This document shows, in pieces, positions 22,103-30,204 of a stretch of 64,000 bases of DNA. Position 1 is the first letter of the stretch, and the number at the start of each line of letters is the position of its first letter. The position numbers and the translations under genes were made by a program. Below the pieces are notes generated by a model. It was given only the letters and a program-made list of their open reading frames with translations, ran no database searches and was not told the DNA's origin. The DNA lies in the sequence record DRR723986_833. One strand, given 5' to 3'.

Positions 22103-22873
22103 ATGAGCGATACAGTACTTCAGAAACTAGACGAGCACGGTGTGCTGCTGCTGACGCTGAACCGGCCAGAGAAAAAAAATGCTTTTAGCAATGAACAGTG
22201 GCTGGCCTTTGGCGAAGCGCTGGAAGCCGCCGATGAAAATCCGGCGGTCGCCTGTGTGGTGGTGACCGGAGCGGGCAGTGATTTTTCCAGCGGCGTAGAT
22301 CTAAACGATTTTTCAGAGGCGGGTGGGGAGCACCCTTTCGAGCGCTGCGCGCGACGTCTGGTCGACTTTAACAAGCCTATTGTGAGCGCGGCCAAGGGCG
22401 TGGCGATAGGTGGTGGCGCGACCTTACTGCTGCATACCGATGTTGTCTATGTGGGCGAATCCCTGCGTTTGCGTTTTCCTTTTACCGCGTTGGGCTTGGT
22501 GCCTGAGTGGGGCAGCAGCTACCAGCTTCAGGCCGTCATCGGTGCCCGTAAAGCCGCAGAACTGATGTATACCTCTGAGTGGCTGGGGGCTGAGCGCGCA
22601 GTAGAGCTGGGTATTGCCACGGCGGCTTACAGCGATGACGAGCTGCTGGAGCGGGCTATGGAGAAGGCAAGAGAAATTGCGAAGTGGCCGGTCAGCTCGT
22701 TGCGTGAGACGAAAGATCTGATGCGCCGAGTGCACCGTGCAGCGATTCATGCCGCTATTGATGCTGAACAAGCAGGCATGGCAAAACTGGCGGGTAAGCC
22801 CGAAAATATTGAAGCTGTCGTAGCGATTATGGAAAAGCGCGCACCGGATTTTTCCCAGTTTCGCAAGGCATAA
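22103..22873 (+). CDS. Enoyl-CoA hydratase/isomerase family protein
   Basis: LNRPEKKNA, FSSGVDL, AIGGG.T, LGLVPE.GSS. Confidence 0.88.
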   Translation: MSDTVLQKLDEHGVLLLTLNRPEKKNAFSNEQWLAFGEALEAADENPAVACVVVTGAGSDFSSGVDLNDFSEAGGEHPFERCARRLVDFNKPIVSAAKGVAIGGGATLLLHTDVVYVGESLRLRFPFTALGLVPEWGSSYQLQAVIGARKAAELMYTSEWLGAERAVELGIATAAYSDDELLERAMEKAREIAKWPVSSLRETKDLMRRVHRAAIHAAIDAEQAGMAKLAGKPENIEAVVAIMEKRAPDFSQFRKA

Positions 22874-22918
22874 CTCTCTGTGAGGTGAGGGTTGCCAATA
22901 TTTGATTGAGCCCAGGGA

Positions 22919-23419
22919 GTGAAAATGAATCAGCCCTATATTGGTTATCGCGGAGCGGTAAAGCCTGAGTGGATCGATGTAAACGACCATATGAATGCGA
23001 CGCACTTTGGTTTGGTGATCTACGAGGCGCACGCCGCGCATAGTGAATGGCTAGGCTTTAATGAGGAGTATGTCGAGCGGGCCCGGTGTGGCAAAGCCGT
23101 GCTGGAAAGCCATATGCGCTATGAGCGTGAGGCCGGGTTGGGCGACCAGCTGGAGGTGCGGTGTTGGCTGCTGGCGGTCGATAATAAGCGTCTGCATTTC
23201 TTCCACGAGCTGTATAACTGCAGCCGGCAATGCCGCAGCGCCACATCTGAGCAAGTGGACATTCATATCGACTTACAAGCGCGGCGCTCAGCAGACATGC
23301 CCGAATCGCTGCAGCGCTTTTTGCGTAAGCAAGTCCGCGAAAATCTGGCGCAGCCGCTGCCGCTAAATATTGGTAGTCAATTGCGGCCGCCGCGAAATAC
23401 CTGGTTGGATGGCGAATGA
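22919..23419 (+). CDS. Hotdog-fold thioesterase family protein
   Basis: V.PEWID.N.HMN, E.H.RY.RE, DNKRLH; start 22919 or 22925. Confidence 0.8.
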   Translation: MKMNQPYIGYRGAVKPEWIDVNDHMNATHFGLVIYEAHAAHSEWLGFNEEYVERARCGKAVLESHMRYEREAGLGDQLEVRCWLLAVDNKRLHFFHELYNCSRQCRSATSEQVDIHIDLQARRSADMPESLQRFLRKQVRENLAQPLPLNIGSQLRPPRNTWLDGE

Positions 23420-24360
23420 TCAAGCCTTGGTATCGGCGTCCGCTGATACATTTTCTTGTGCTGGGTTGCCTGTTGTATGCGGCAGAGCAGTGGCGGCTGC
23501 AATACGCCGCTTATCAAATTACGGCGCCCGATGCGGCGTTTTTGATCGATGCTGCTGTGCAAGTCGAAATACTGCAGGGGCGACCGCTTTCCCCGGCGCA
23601 GCACGCGGCGCTGCGTCAACATGAAATTGACCAACGCATATTGTTTAGCGAAGCACTGCGCCGAGAGCTGCATTTGAGCGACCCTGTTGTCAAACAACGG
23701 CTATTGCGCAACGCGGCTTTCCTGGGGATGGACGGCAGCGCTGAGCAGCAGATGAATACGGCGTTGTCCTTGGAGCTCCATCGCGGTGACGAAGTGATTC
23801 GGCGCCGTTTAATACAGCGCATGGAAGCACTCGGCAGCGCTTCCGGAGCGTTAACAGCGCCAACGGAAGCCCAGCTGAGGGCTGCTTACGAGGCCGATAG
23901 AGCGCGCTGGAGCGGTGAACCGAGTTATAGCTTCCAGCATATTTTTATCAGTGCAGACAAACGAGGTATGCAACAGCGGGCCCAAGACCTACTCCAACGG
24001 CTACGTAGTGGGGCACTCAGTGACGCCGCGGCTCTCTCACAGGGAGACAGCTTTCTGCTTGGTTCTGAGATGTCTCAAGTCTCGGCATACCACCTGGAGC
24101 GCAGTTTTGGTGAATCTTTTTCCCAGTGGATGCAGCAGCACTCAGCAGCGTCGTTGCAGTCCTCGCATTGGCAGGGCCCCGTTGCCTCGGCGTATGGTTT
24201 ACATCTGGTTAAGATAACGGGCTTTCATCCTGCTACTGAGCGCGCATTTGACAGCGTTAGGTCGCCGCTGCGCGAGGAGCTGTTACAACAGCAGCGCGCA
24301 GACAATCTCCAGGGCTTCATAGAGCAATTACGCCAACGTTACCGAGTGCGCAGCCCATGA
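23416..24360 (+). CDS. Membrane-anchored PpiC/parvulin-type peptidyl-prolyl isomerase-like protein
   Basis: PL.HFL.LG..L N-terminal anchor, D.VIRRRL.Q.ME, FQHIF, WQGPV.S.YG.HLV; ATGA overlap with upstream gene. Confidence 0.75.
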   Translation: MIKPWYRRPLIHFLVLGCLLYAAEQWRLQYAAYQITAPDAAFLIDAAVQVEILQGRPLSPAQHAALRQHEIDQRILFSEALRRELHLSDPVVKQRLLRNAAFLGMDGSAEQQMNTALSLELHRGDEVIRRRLIQRMEALGSASGALTAPTEAQLRAAYEADRARWSGEPSYSFQHIFISADKRGMQQRAQDLLQRLRSGALSDAAALSQGDSFLLGSEMSQVSAYHLERSFGESFSQWMQQHSAASLQSSHWQGPVASAYGLHLVKITGFHPATERAFDSVRSPLREELLQQQRADNLQGFIEQLRQRYRVRSP

Positions 24361-25364
24361 ATGTATTTTGGCGCCTATCATTCCTGGCGGGACTACTGCT
24401 GTTCGCTGGGGCGAGCTGGGCACATAAATTAGCGCCGTCGTTGCTGGAATTTCGCGCAGTAGGCAATGCGGAATATCAGGTGCTGTTTCGCACGCCAGCT
24501 GACGCACAGCGACCGCCGCAGCCGCAGTTTCCCGCTGCGTGTTCACCTTCAGCGCCGAATATTTCGCCTCAGGGAACGGCCCTGGAGTGGCGCTGGGAAC
24601 TGCATTGTTCAAGCCCCTTACCTGGGCAGAGCATCGCCATCACTGGCTTGCAGCAGAGTCGTACAACGGCCTTATTGCGTGTTCAGAATGAACGCGGTGA
24701 GCTATTCGAAACACTCCTAACGGCGGATGCGCCGCGCTTTGAATTTGCCGAAAAAGCATCGCAGGGCAGCGTCTTTACACAGTATTTGGGCCTGGGCTTC
24801 AGCCACATCTTAATTGGTTTGGATCATTTATTATTTGTAGCGGGGCTGCTGTTACTGGTTAGCACATGGCGCCTGCTGTTGTTGACCATTACCGCGTTTA
24901 CGGTCGGGCACAGTATCACCTTGGTGCTGGTGAGCATCGACGTGTTGCCGCATTGGCCGGCCTTGGTGGAGTTGGCTATCGCGGCAACGATTTTACTGTT
25001 GGCCCTGGAATTAACGCGCCCGGCATCTGGCCGCGCTGGCGGTATTTTGCGCCGCCACCCCTGGCCGATGGCGCTGCTGTTCGGTTTGGTGCACGGGCTG
25101 GGCTTTGCCGGCGTATTGGCGGAACTGGGTCTGCCCAGTGGACACCTGCTCAAGGCGGTGTTGGCCTTTAATATTGGCATTGAGCTCGGGCAGCTAGTTT
25201 TTGTTGCAGCACTGGCCGCGGTGCTGGCAGCCCTGCGCTCGGTTTCGCGCTGGGAGCCGCCATTGCGCTATGCGCTGATATACAGCATGGGTGCGATATC
25301 GGTATTCTGGTGCCTGGATCGCGGCGTTAGCCTCGCGGCAGAGCTTAGCCGCGCCGCCATGTAA
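24357..25364 (+). CDS. HupE/UreJ family protein with N-terminal periplasmic domain
   Basis: Signal peptide ending AH; HIL.G.DHLLF, TAFTVGHSITL, FGLVHGLGFA, FN.GIELGQ. Confidence 0.85.
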   Translation: MNVFWRLSFLAGLLLFAGASWAHKLAPSLLEFRAVGNAEYQVLFRTPADAQRPPQPQFPAACSPSAPNISPQGTALEWRWELHCSSPLPGQSIAITGLQQSRTTALLRVQNERGELFETLLTADAPRFEFAEKASQGSVFTQYLGLGFSHILIGLDHLLFVAGLLLLVSTWRLLLLTITAFTVGHSITLVLVSIDVLPHWPALVELAIAATILLLALELTRPASGRAGGILRRHPWPMALLFGLVHGLGFAGVLAELGLPSGHLLKAVLAFNIGIELGQLVFVAALAAVLAALRSVSRWEPPLRYALIYSMGAISVFWCLDRGVSLAAELSRAAM

Positions 25365-25368
25365 GCAC

Positions 25369-25740
25369 TCAGCTGCTGAAGGGCGCCATATCAAAGTAGT
25401 CCCGCCACTGCTGAATTAACCCGTCGCGCAATAGAAATACCCCCATAACAGGTAGATCAATGGCCTTGCCTGCTAGGTTTATTCGGTCTGTGCGTTCATT
25501 CATGACAACGCCATTTGCGTCATCGCAAAGCTGGTGGTGCACAATGAATTCAATGTCTTCCAGGCTGTTGAGAAAACCCTCGATAAATTCGCGTATGGCG
25601 GCTTTGCCAATGTGTGGCGGTCCCATAGGAATGTTGCAGTATTCGGCGTCCTCGTGAAAGAAACCCATGATCTGTTCGAGATTTCGCTGGTTCCACGCCT
25701 GCATAAACTGGTCGATTGTTTGCTGATTCTTGTCACTCAT
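25369..25740 (-). CDS. Limonene-1,2-epoxide hydrolase family (NTF2-like)
   Basis: Y.N.P, V.NER.D and WRDYFD motifs; ATG 25740 preferred. Confidence 0.85.
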   Translation of the reverse strand: MSDKNQQTIDQFMQAWNQRNLEQIMGFFHEDAEYCNIPMGPPHIGKAAIREFIEGFLNSLEDIEFIVHHQLCDDANGVVMNERTDRINLAGKAIDLPVMGVFLLRDGLIQQWRDYFDMAPFSS

Positions 25741-25768
25741 TGCTTGTGTCTCGCCGTTATTATTTTCT

Positions 25769-25785
25769 AGTTTACAGTGTAAGCT
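25769..25785. promoter_or_regulatory. Candidate TetR operator AGTTTACAGTGTAAGCT
   Basis: 17-bp palindrome (7 of 8 pairs) between divergent epoxide hydrolase and P450 genes. Confidence 0.5.
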
Positions 25786-25836
25786 TGCTCGGGTAGTTTT
25801 ACCAGTACCTGCAATGAAGCTTGCTGAGGCTCTGCT

Positions 25837-27291
25837 ATGAATCGTCCGTTTTACCACAGTCGCCGTCGTTTACTTTCTCACCTCATTGAGCGGGGAATGC
25901 GGTTATCGGCGCGACGCTATACCCGTCGCACAAAGCGAGTTGACAGCCCAGGCGTCGAGACCGCCACGGGAAATATCGCCGTGGGGCAGCCCACGCGCCC
26001 GGAAGATTTTCGCCCGCTGGAAGACGCCTGTTTTCAGAACCCCTATGCCTTTTACAAAATGCTGCGCGACGACTACCCGGTTTACCAGTTGCCCAATGGC
26101 ATTTACTGCCTATCCCGGTATCAGGATATTGTTGAGGTGAGCCGGAACACTGACGTTTTTTCGTCTACCCATCAGGGCGTGATTGCAGGGCTAAAGCCTG
26201 GACACAGTGTCGAGCGCGAGGCGGCGAAGTTGCGCCCCCTTGAAATGATGGGAGTGATACCCAGCGACGTGTTGGCGCTGTCTGATCCGCCGGCCCATAC
26301 CGCCGAGCGCAAGGTCGGGCATCGCGGTTTAAATGCGCGGGTGGTCAAGGCCATGGAAGACGAGGTGACGGCACTTTGTCGGGAAATGATGGATGCGGTC
26401 ATCGACAGGGGGGAACTTGAGTTTATGCGCGACTTCGCCTGGCGGTTGCCCATGCGACTGATCATTCGCATGCTGGGCTTTCCCGAAGCAGACTATGAAA
26501 AAATAAAAGACTGGTGTGTGCACGGTATTGCCACACAAAGCGGTATCGCTCAGGGGGCGGCGCTAGCCCGCAGTCAGGCAGAGCTGGTGGTGTTTTATCG
26601 CTATTGCTGGCAGCAATTTATACTGGCCAAGCGGCGGCCACGCGATGATCTTAGCGCGGTGTTTGTGCAGGCGGCCACGGGCGAAGATGCGGTGATGGCT
26701 GAGCACACCGCGGTTTCCGCGATAATGCAGTTGCTGATCGCCGGGTCGGACTCCTCCGCGACCAGTATGGGAAATGCGCTGAAATTGTTAATTGAAAACC
26801 CCGATATCCAGGCGCAGCTGCGCGAGGATTTGGATGGCTTGCTGCCGGTCTTTATCGAAGAGGTCTTTCGCCTTGAAGCGGCCTTTCAGGGGCATTTTCG
26901 TTGGACCAAGAGCGCGACGCAATTGCACGGTGTACACTTGCCCGCCGACAGCCGGGTGTTTCTAATGTGGGCGGCGGGGAATCGCGACGAGCGCGTATTC
27001 ACGGCGCCCGATGACATTCGTCTTGACCGCAGCAACGGCAAAAAACACCTGACATTTGGTCACGGTATACACGCCTGCATTGGTCGCGAGCTGGCGCGCA
27101 TGGAAATTCGTATCGTATTGCGTGAGTTTCTGCTGCGCACCGAAAACCTATCCCTGGCGGGACCATCCCCCTATGTGGCGTCGATGTTTGCACGCACATT
27201 GCAGTGCTTGCCGATCCGCTTTACCGCTAAGCGCGGGCTCGCTGGCGGTGGTGGGGGAGCCGAGCGTCGTGACCACGCCGGAGCGGCATAG
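25837..27291 (+). CDS. Cytochrome P450 (start uncertain)
   Basis: NPY.FY..LR, DPP.H, I-helix AGSDSS, EEVFR (ExxR), heme motif FGHGIHACIG. Confidence 0.93.
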   Translation: MNRPFYHSRRRLLSHLIERGMRLSARRYTRRTKRVDSPGVETATGNIAVGQPTRPEDFRPLEDACFQNPYAFYKMLRDDYPVYQLPNGIYCLSRYQDIVEVSRNTDVFSSTHQGVIAGLKPGHSVEREAAKLRPLEMMGVIPSDVLALSDPPAHTAERKVGHRGLNARVVKAMEDEVTALCREMMDAVIDRGELEFMRDFAWRLPMRLIIRMLGFPEADYEKIKDWCVHGIATQSGIAQGAALARSQAELVVFYRYCWQQFILAKRRPRDDLSAVFVQAATGEDAVMAEHTAVSAIMQLLIAGSDSSATSMGNALKLLIENPDIQAQLREDLDGLLPVFIEEVFRLEAAFQGHFRWTKSATQLHGVHLPADSRVFLMWAAGNRDERVFTAPDDIRLDRSNGKKHLTFGHGIHACIGRELARMEIRIVLREFLLRTENLSLAGPSPYVASMFARTLQCLPIRFTAKRGLAGGGGGAERRDHAGAA

Positions 27292-27326
27292 TTGTGTTGG
27301 CTACAAATAAGATAAGTCGAGGTGAT

Positions 27327-27935
27327 ATGAGTGGCAGTTTGAATCGCCAGCGTTTTGTGGATGCTGCGCTAGACGTGATTGCCGATGTTGGCGTTGATAA
27401 ATTATCGATGCGCCGCGTTGCCAGTCAGCTGGGGGTTTCCGCAATGGCGATGTACAAGCATTTTGCGAATAAAGATGAGTTGCTGGGGGCAGCCTTTGAA
27501 GAATTTATCGCTCGCGCGGAGGTGCTGCCCGATGACCAATTGCCCTGGGATGAATGGCTGATTGTGAGCGCGCGGGGCATGTACCAGGCGCTGTGTAGCG
27601 AAATGTCCTGGGTGCCCTGGCTGGGAAAGTTGCGCCTTGGCGGCAACGCGCTCCGGGTGACAGAACGCTTTGCCGCCAAGCTGGCGGAAAGTGGATTGGC
27701 GACAGATGCCTCGGTGAGGGTCTATATGGCGACTATTCAGCTCGTGGTCGGCGCTGTGTGTATGCGGGCCTCTTTGCATGCCGGCCATTGGCAACAGGGC
27801 GAGGCTGCGGCGGCGATGCCTGAGGCACTGTCGCCGGAGATCTTTACAGGCTTGGCAAATGCGGTTGCTCAGGAGCCCATCGACATATCCTTACCCCTGT
27901 TGATTGAGGGGGTTCGCCACCAATTACTGGCTTAA
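27327..27935 (+). CDS. TetR family transcriptional regulator
   Basis: LSMRRVA..LGVS.MA.Y.HF..K HTH; GAGGTG RBS before ATG 27327. Confidence 0.9.
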   Translation: MSGSLNRQRFVDAALDVIADVGVDKLSMRRVASQLGVSAMAMYKHFANKDELLGAAFEEFIARAEVLPDDQLPWDEWLIVSARGMYQALCSEMSWVPWLGKLRLGGNALRVTERFAAKLAESGLATDASVRVYMATIQLVVGAVCMRASLHAGHWQQGEAAAAMPEALSPEIFTGLANAVAQEPIDISLPLLIEGVRHQLLA

Positions 27936-29414
27936 TGCCGCCTGCCGGCCCGCCAGTCGACCGAAAAATGTCGCATCACCCACCGACATGCCGCTGGCGT
28001 ATCCCTTTGCGGTGCGCGGCAGGCCCGCGGTTGCACGGCCTGCGGCGAAGAGGCCGGGGATCGCCCGGTTGTCGACATCGAGTACTTCGCCATTACAACG
28101 TGTTTTTAAGCCGCCGAGCGTAAAGATTAGCGGGCCATTGGTGCCCGGCATAATGATTGCGCGCATTTCACTGGCGGAATACTCCAGCAGGGCGTAAGGC
28201 GGTTTATTGAGCGGCTTTAGCCATTCGGAGGTTTTGTGGAAGAGCGGGTCGCGCCCTTCACTGGCATGTCGATTAAAATAGTCGACAGTATCTTCCAGCG
28301 CGCCGGGGGGGAAGGGGGCTTCTGATGCCACTTCAGCGATGCTGTTACCGCTGGCGATCAGCAGTGCACGCTCGAGGTAATGTGAGGCCTCGTAGTCCTC
28401 TTCCTGCACAAGTAAATAGAATTTTTGCTCAGGCTGCTGGCAGGAGTAATGCGCTAACCGGGCAAGGTAGGCATCTTCATTGATGTAACGCTGGCCACGC
28501 TGGTTGAGCAGCAGGCCGTAGGTAAGCTTGGCGGGTGGGTAGAGTGGGAACGACATGAAGGCCTGATCCATATTGATGGCTTGGCCACCCGCCGCGAGCC
28601 CAAGCTGGATACCGTCGCCCATATCATAGCTATTGCCGTAGGGCACCGCGTATTGATGAATCTCTGGCAGATATTGGCGGGTCATCGCCTCATTCATAAC
28701 AAAGCCGCCGGTGGTCAACACCACCCCGCGCGTGGCGCGAATCGCGATTTCGCGGTTATCGTGTTTTGCGATAACGCCACAGATTCGCCCCGTATTGTCC
28801 GCCAGCAGTGCCAGTGCCCGGCAGTCGTTAACAACGTCCACTCCCGCTTCATCAACGCGCTGCATAATTGCATCCATAAAAATTTTGCCGCCTTCGTCGC
28901 CTTCCTTTGAGGGGACATGGCCACGCGGCACTGGCTCAGCGATGGTATTGAAGGGGTAAGATTTTTCATTGCCGGTAAACAGCAGCGATTCGTCGCTGAG
29001 TGGCACCACGGTGCGCTCATGCATTACCGCACGCTTATAGCTAACACCCAGTGACTCTACCCAGTCGAAGTGAGCGGCCGCGCCCTCGGCGTAACAGCGA
29101 ATTTTTTCGCTGTCGCCGTAGGGGCCCAGCGCTTCGTGTAGGTAGGCGAGCAGGTTTTCAGTACTGTCGTGTATGCCCAGGTCTTTCTGCAGCGCGGTGC
29201 CGCCACTGCCGCCGAGATACATTTCGCAGCTGGATAACGCGGTGGCACCGCCACCGGCGCTGGCGCGCTCAATAATACAGACCTTCGCGCCGGCCGCGGC
29301 AGCCTCAAGGGCCGCGGCAGCGCCAGCGCCCCCGTAGCCGCAAATTAACACGTCGGTGGTGATATCAAAGTGAGTAACGGATTCAATCGGGCGTATGCGG
29401 GCGTTCGCTGCCAT
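27924..29414 (-). CDS. FAD-dependent oxidoreductase, 3-ketosteroid dehydrogenase/flavocytochrome c family
   Basis: GYGGAG dinucleotide motif, GGATALS, V.L.TGGF, FTLGGL, IPGLFAAGR, YASG.S.G. Confidence 0.8.
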   Translation of the reverse strand: MAANARIRPIESVTHFDITTDVLICGYGGAGAAAALEAAAAGAKVCIIERASAGGGATALSSCEMYLGGSGGTALQKDLGIHDSTENLLAYLHEALGPYGDSEKIRCYAEGAAAHFDWVESLGVSYKRAVMHERTVVPLSDESLLFTGNEKSYPFNTIAEPVPRGHVPSKEGDEGGKIFMDAIMQRVDEAGVDVVNDCRALALLADNTGRICGVIAKHDNREIAIRATRGVVLTTGGFVMNEAMTRQYLPEIHQYAVPYGNSYDMGDGIQLGLAAGGQAINMDQAFMSFPLYPPAKLTYGLLLNQRGQRYINEDAYLARLAHYSCQQPEQKFYLLVQEEDYEASHYLERALLIASGNSIAEVASEAPFPPGALEDTVDYFNRHASEGRDPLFHKTSEWLKPLNKPPYALLEYSASEMRAIIMPGTNGPLIFTLGGLKTRCNGEVLDVDNRAIPGLFAAGRATAGLPRTAKGYASGMSVGDATFFGRLAGRQAALSQ

Positions 29415-29458
29415 CTTTCAGGACCTCATTATTGTTGTTTGTGACGTCGATAATTTTA

Positions 29459-29476
29459 ACTTATCATTTGATAAGT
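29459..29476. promoter_or_regulatory. Candidate TetR operator ACTTATCA-TT-TGATAAGT
   Basis: Perfect 8-bp inverted repeat between the divergent flavoprotein and TetR genes. Confidence 0.65.
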
Positions 29477-29503
29477 ATTAATGTCGAGTCAAAAGAGCGC
29501 CCC

Positions 29504-30109
29504 ATGGCTAAGCCGTCATCACGAAATCACATTATTGCTGTTGCCACCGAGCTGTTTGCCGAGCGCGGTCTGTCGGTGTCGCTGCGGGAGGTCAATGAGG
29601 CGGCGGGTCTGAGCGCTGCGGCCGTTCACTATCACTTTAAAAACAAGGGGGCGTTGATTGATGCGGTGCTTCGCAGCCGCATGCGACCCAAGGCCGAGCG
29701 AGAAGGGCAGCTACGACAATTGGCCACCGCGCCCAAGGTCACCATCGACGATATTGTTCGGACCTTGCTTGCGCCGCTGCGCGAGGTGTTGTCGGAAGAC
29801 GCCATCGCGGGGCGGCAGTATGCCAGGGTGATTGCCCGGGTGTACGCCGAGCAGTCGGAAGAGCTTCCCTTGCTGGATGAATTCCTGTCGCCAGCCAATG
29901 CGCTGATTGCCATGCTCGCGCAACAGCGCCCAGATCTGTCATTGCTGCAGTGCCGACTCCGCTATGGCTTCGCTGTGGAAGCGATGCTCAACACACTGTC
30001 TTGCGTACACTTCCCCAGCCCCTTTGGTGGTGATGAGGTGGCGGACGATATGGCCATGTTGTTTGATGAATTGCAGCAGTTTTTGGTGGCGGGTTTGTCG
30101 GCGCCATAG
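29504..30109 (+). CDS. TetR family regulator (PsrA-like C-terminus)
   Basis: A.ELFAERG..VSLRE....AG...AAVHYHF..K; ATG 29504. Confidence 0.88.
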   Translation: MAKPSSRNHIIAVATELFAERGLSVSLREVNEAAGLSAAAVHYHFKNKGALIDAVLRSRMRPKAEREGQLRQLATAPKVTIDDIVRTLLAPLREVLSEDAIAGRQYARVIARVYAEQSEELPLLDEFLSPANALIAMLAQQRPDLSLLQCRLRYGFAVEAMLNTLSCVHFPSPFGGDEVADDMAMLFDELQQFLVAGLSAP

Positions 30110-30204
30110 CGGATCTGTGAATTCACGTTCTATTGCGAATAGCCACCACCAAAGCATTCTGTTATTAGTGTCTGGGAGTTTGTTTGCCAGCAAAGGATAG
30201 CGGT

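Noticed and set aside
25837-25930. SRRRLL at the P450 N-terminus as a Tat signal
   Set aside because: No hydrophobic h-region follows, and the true start may be further downstream
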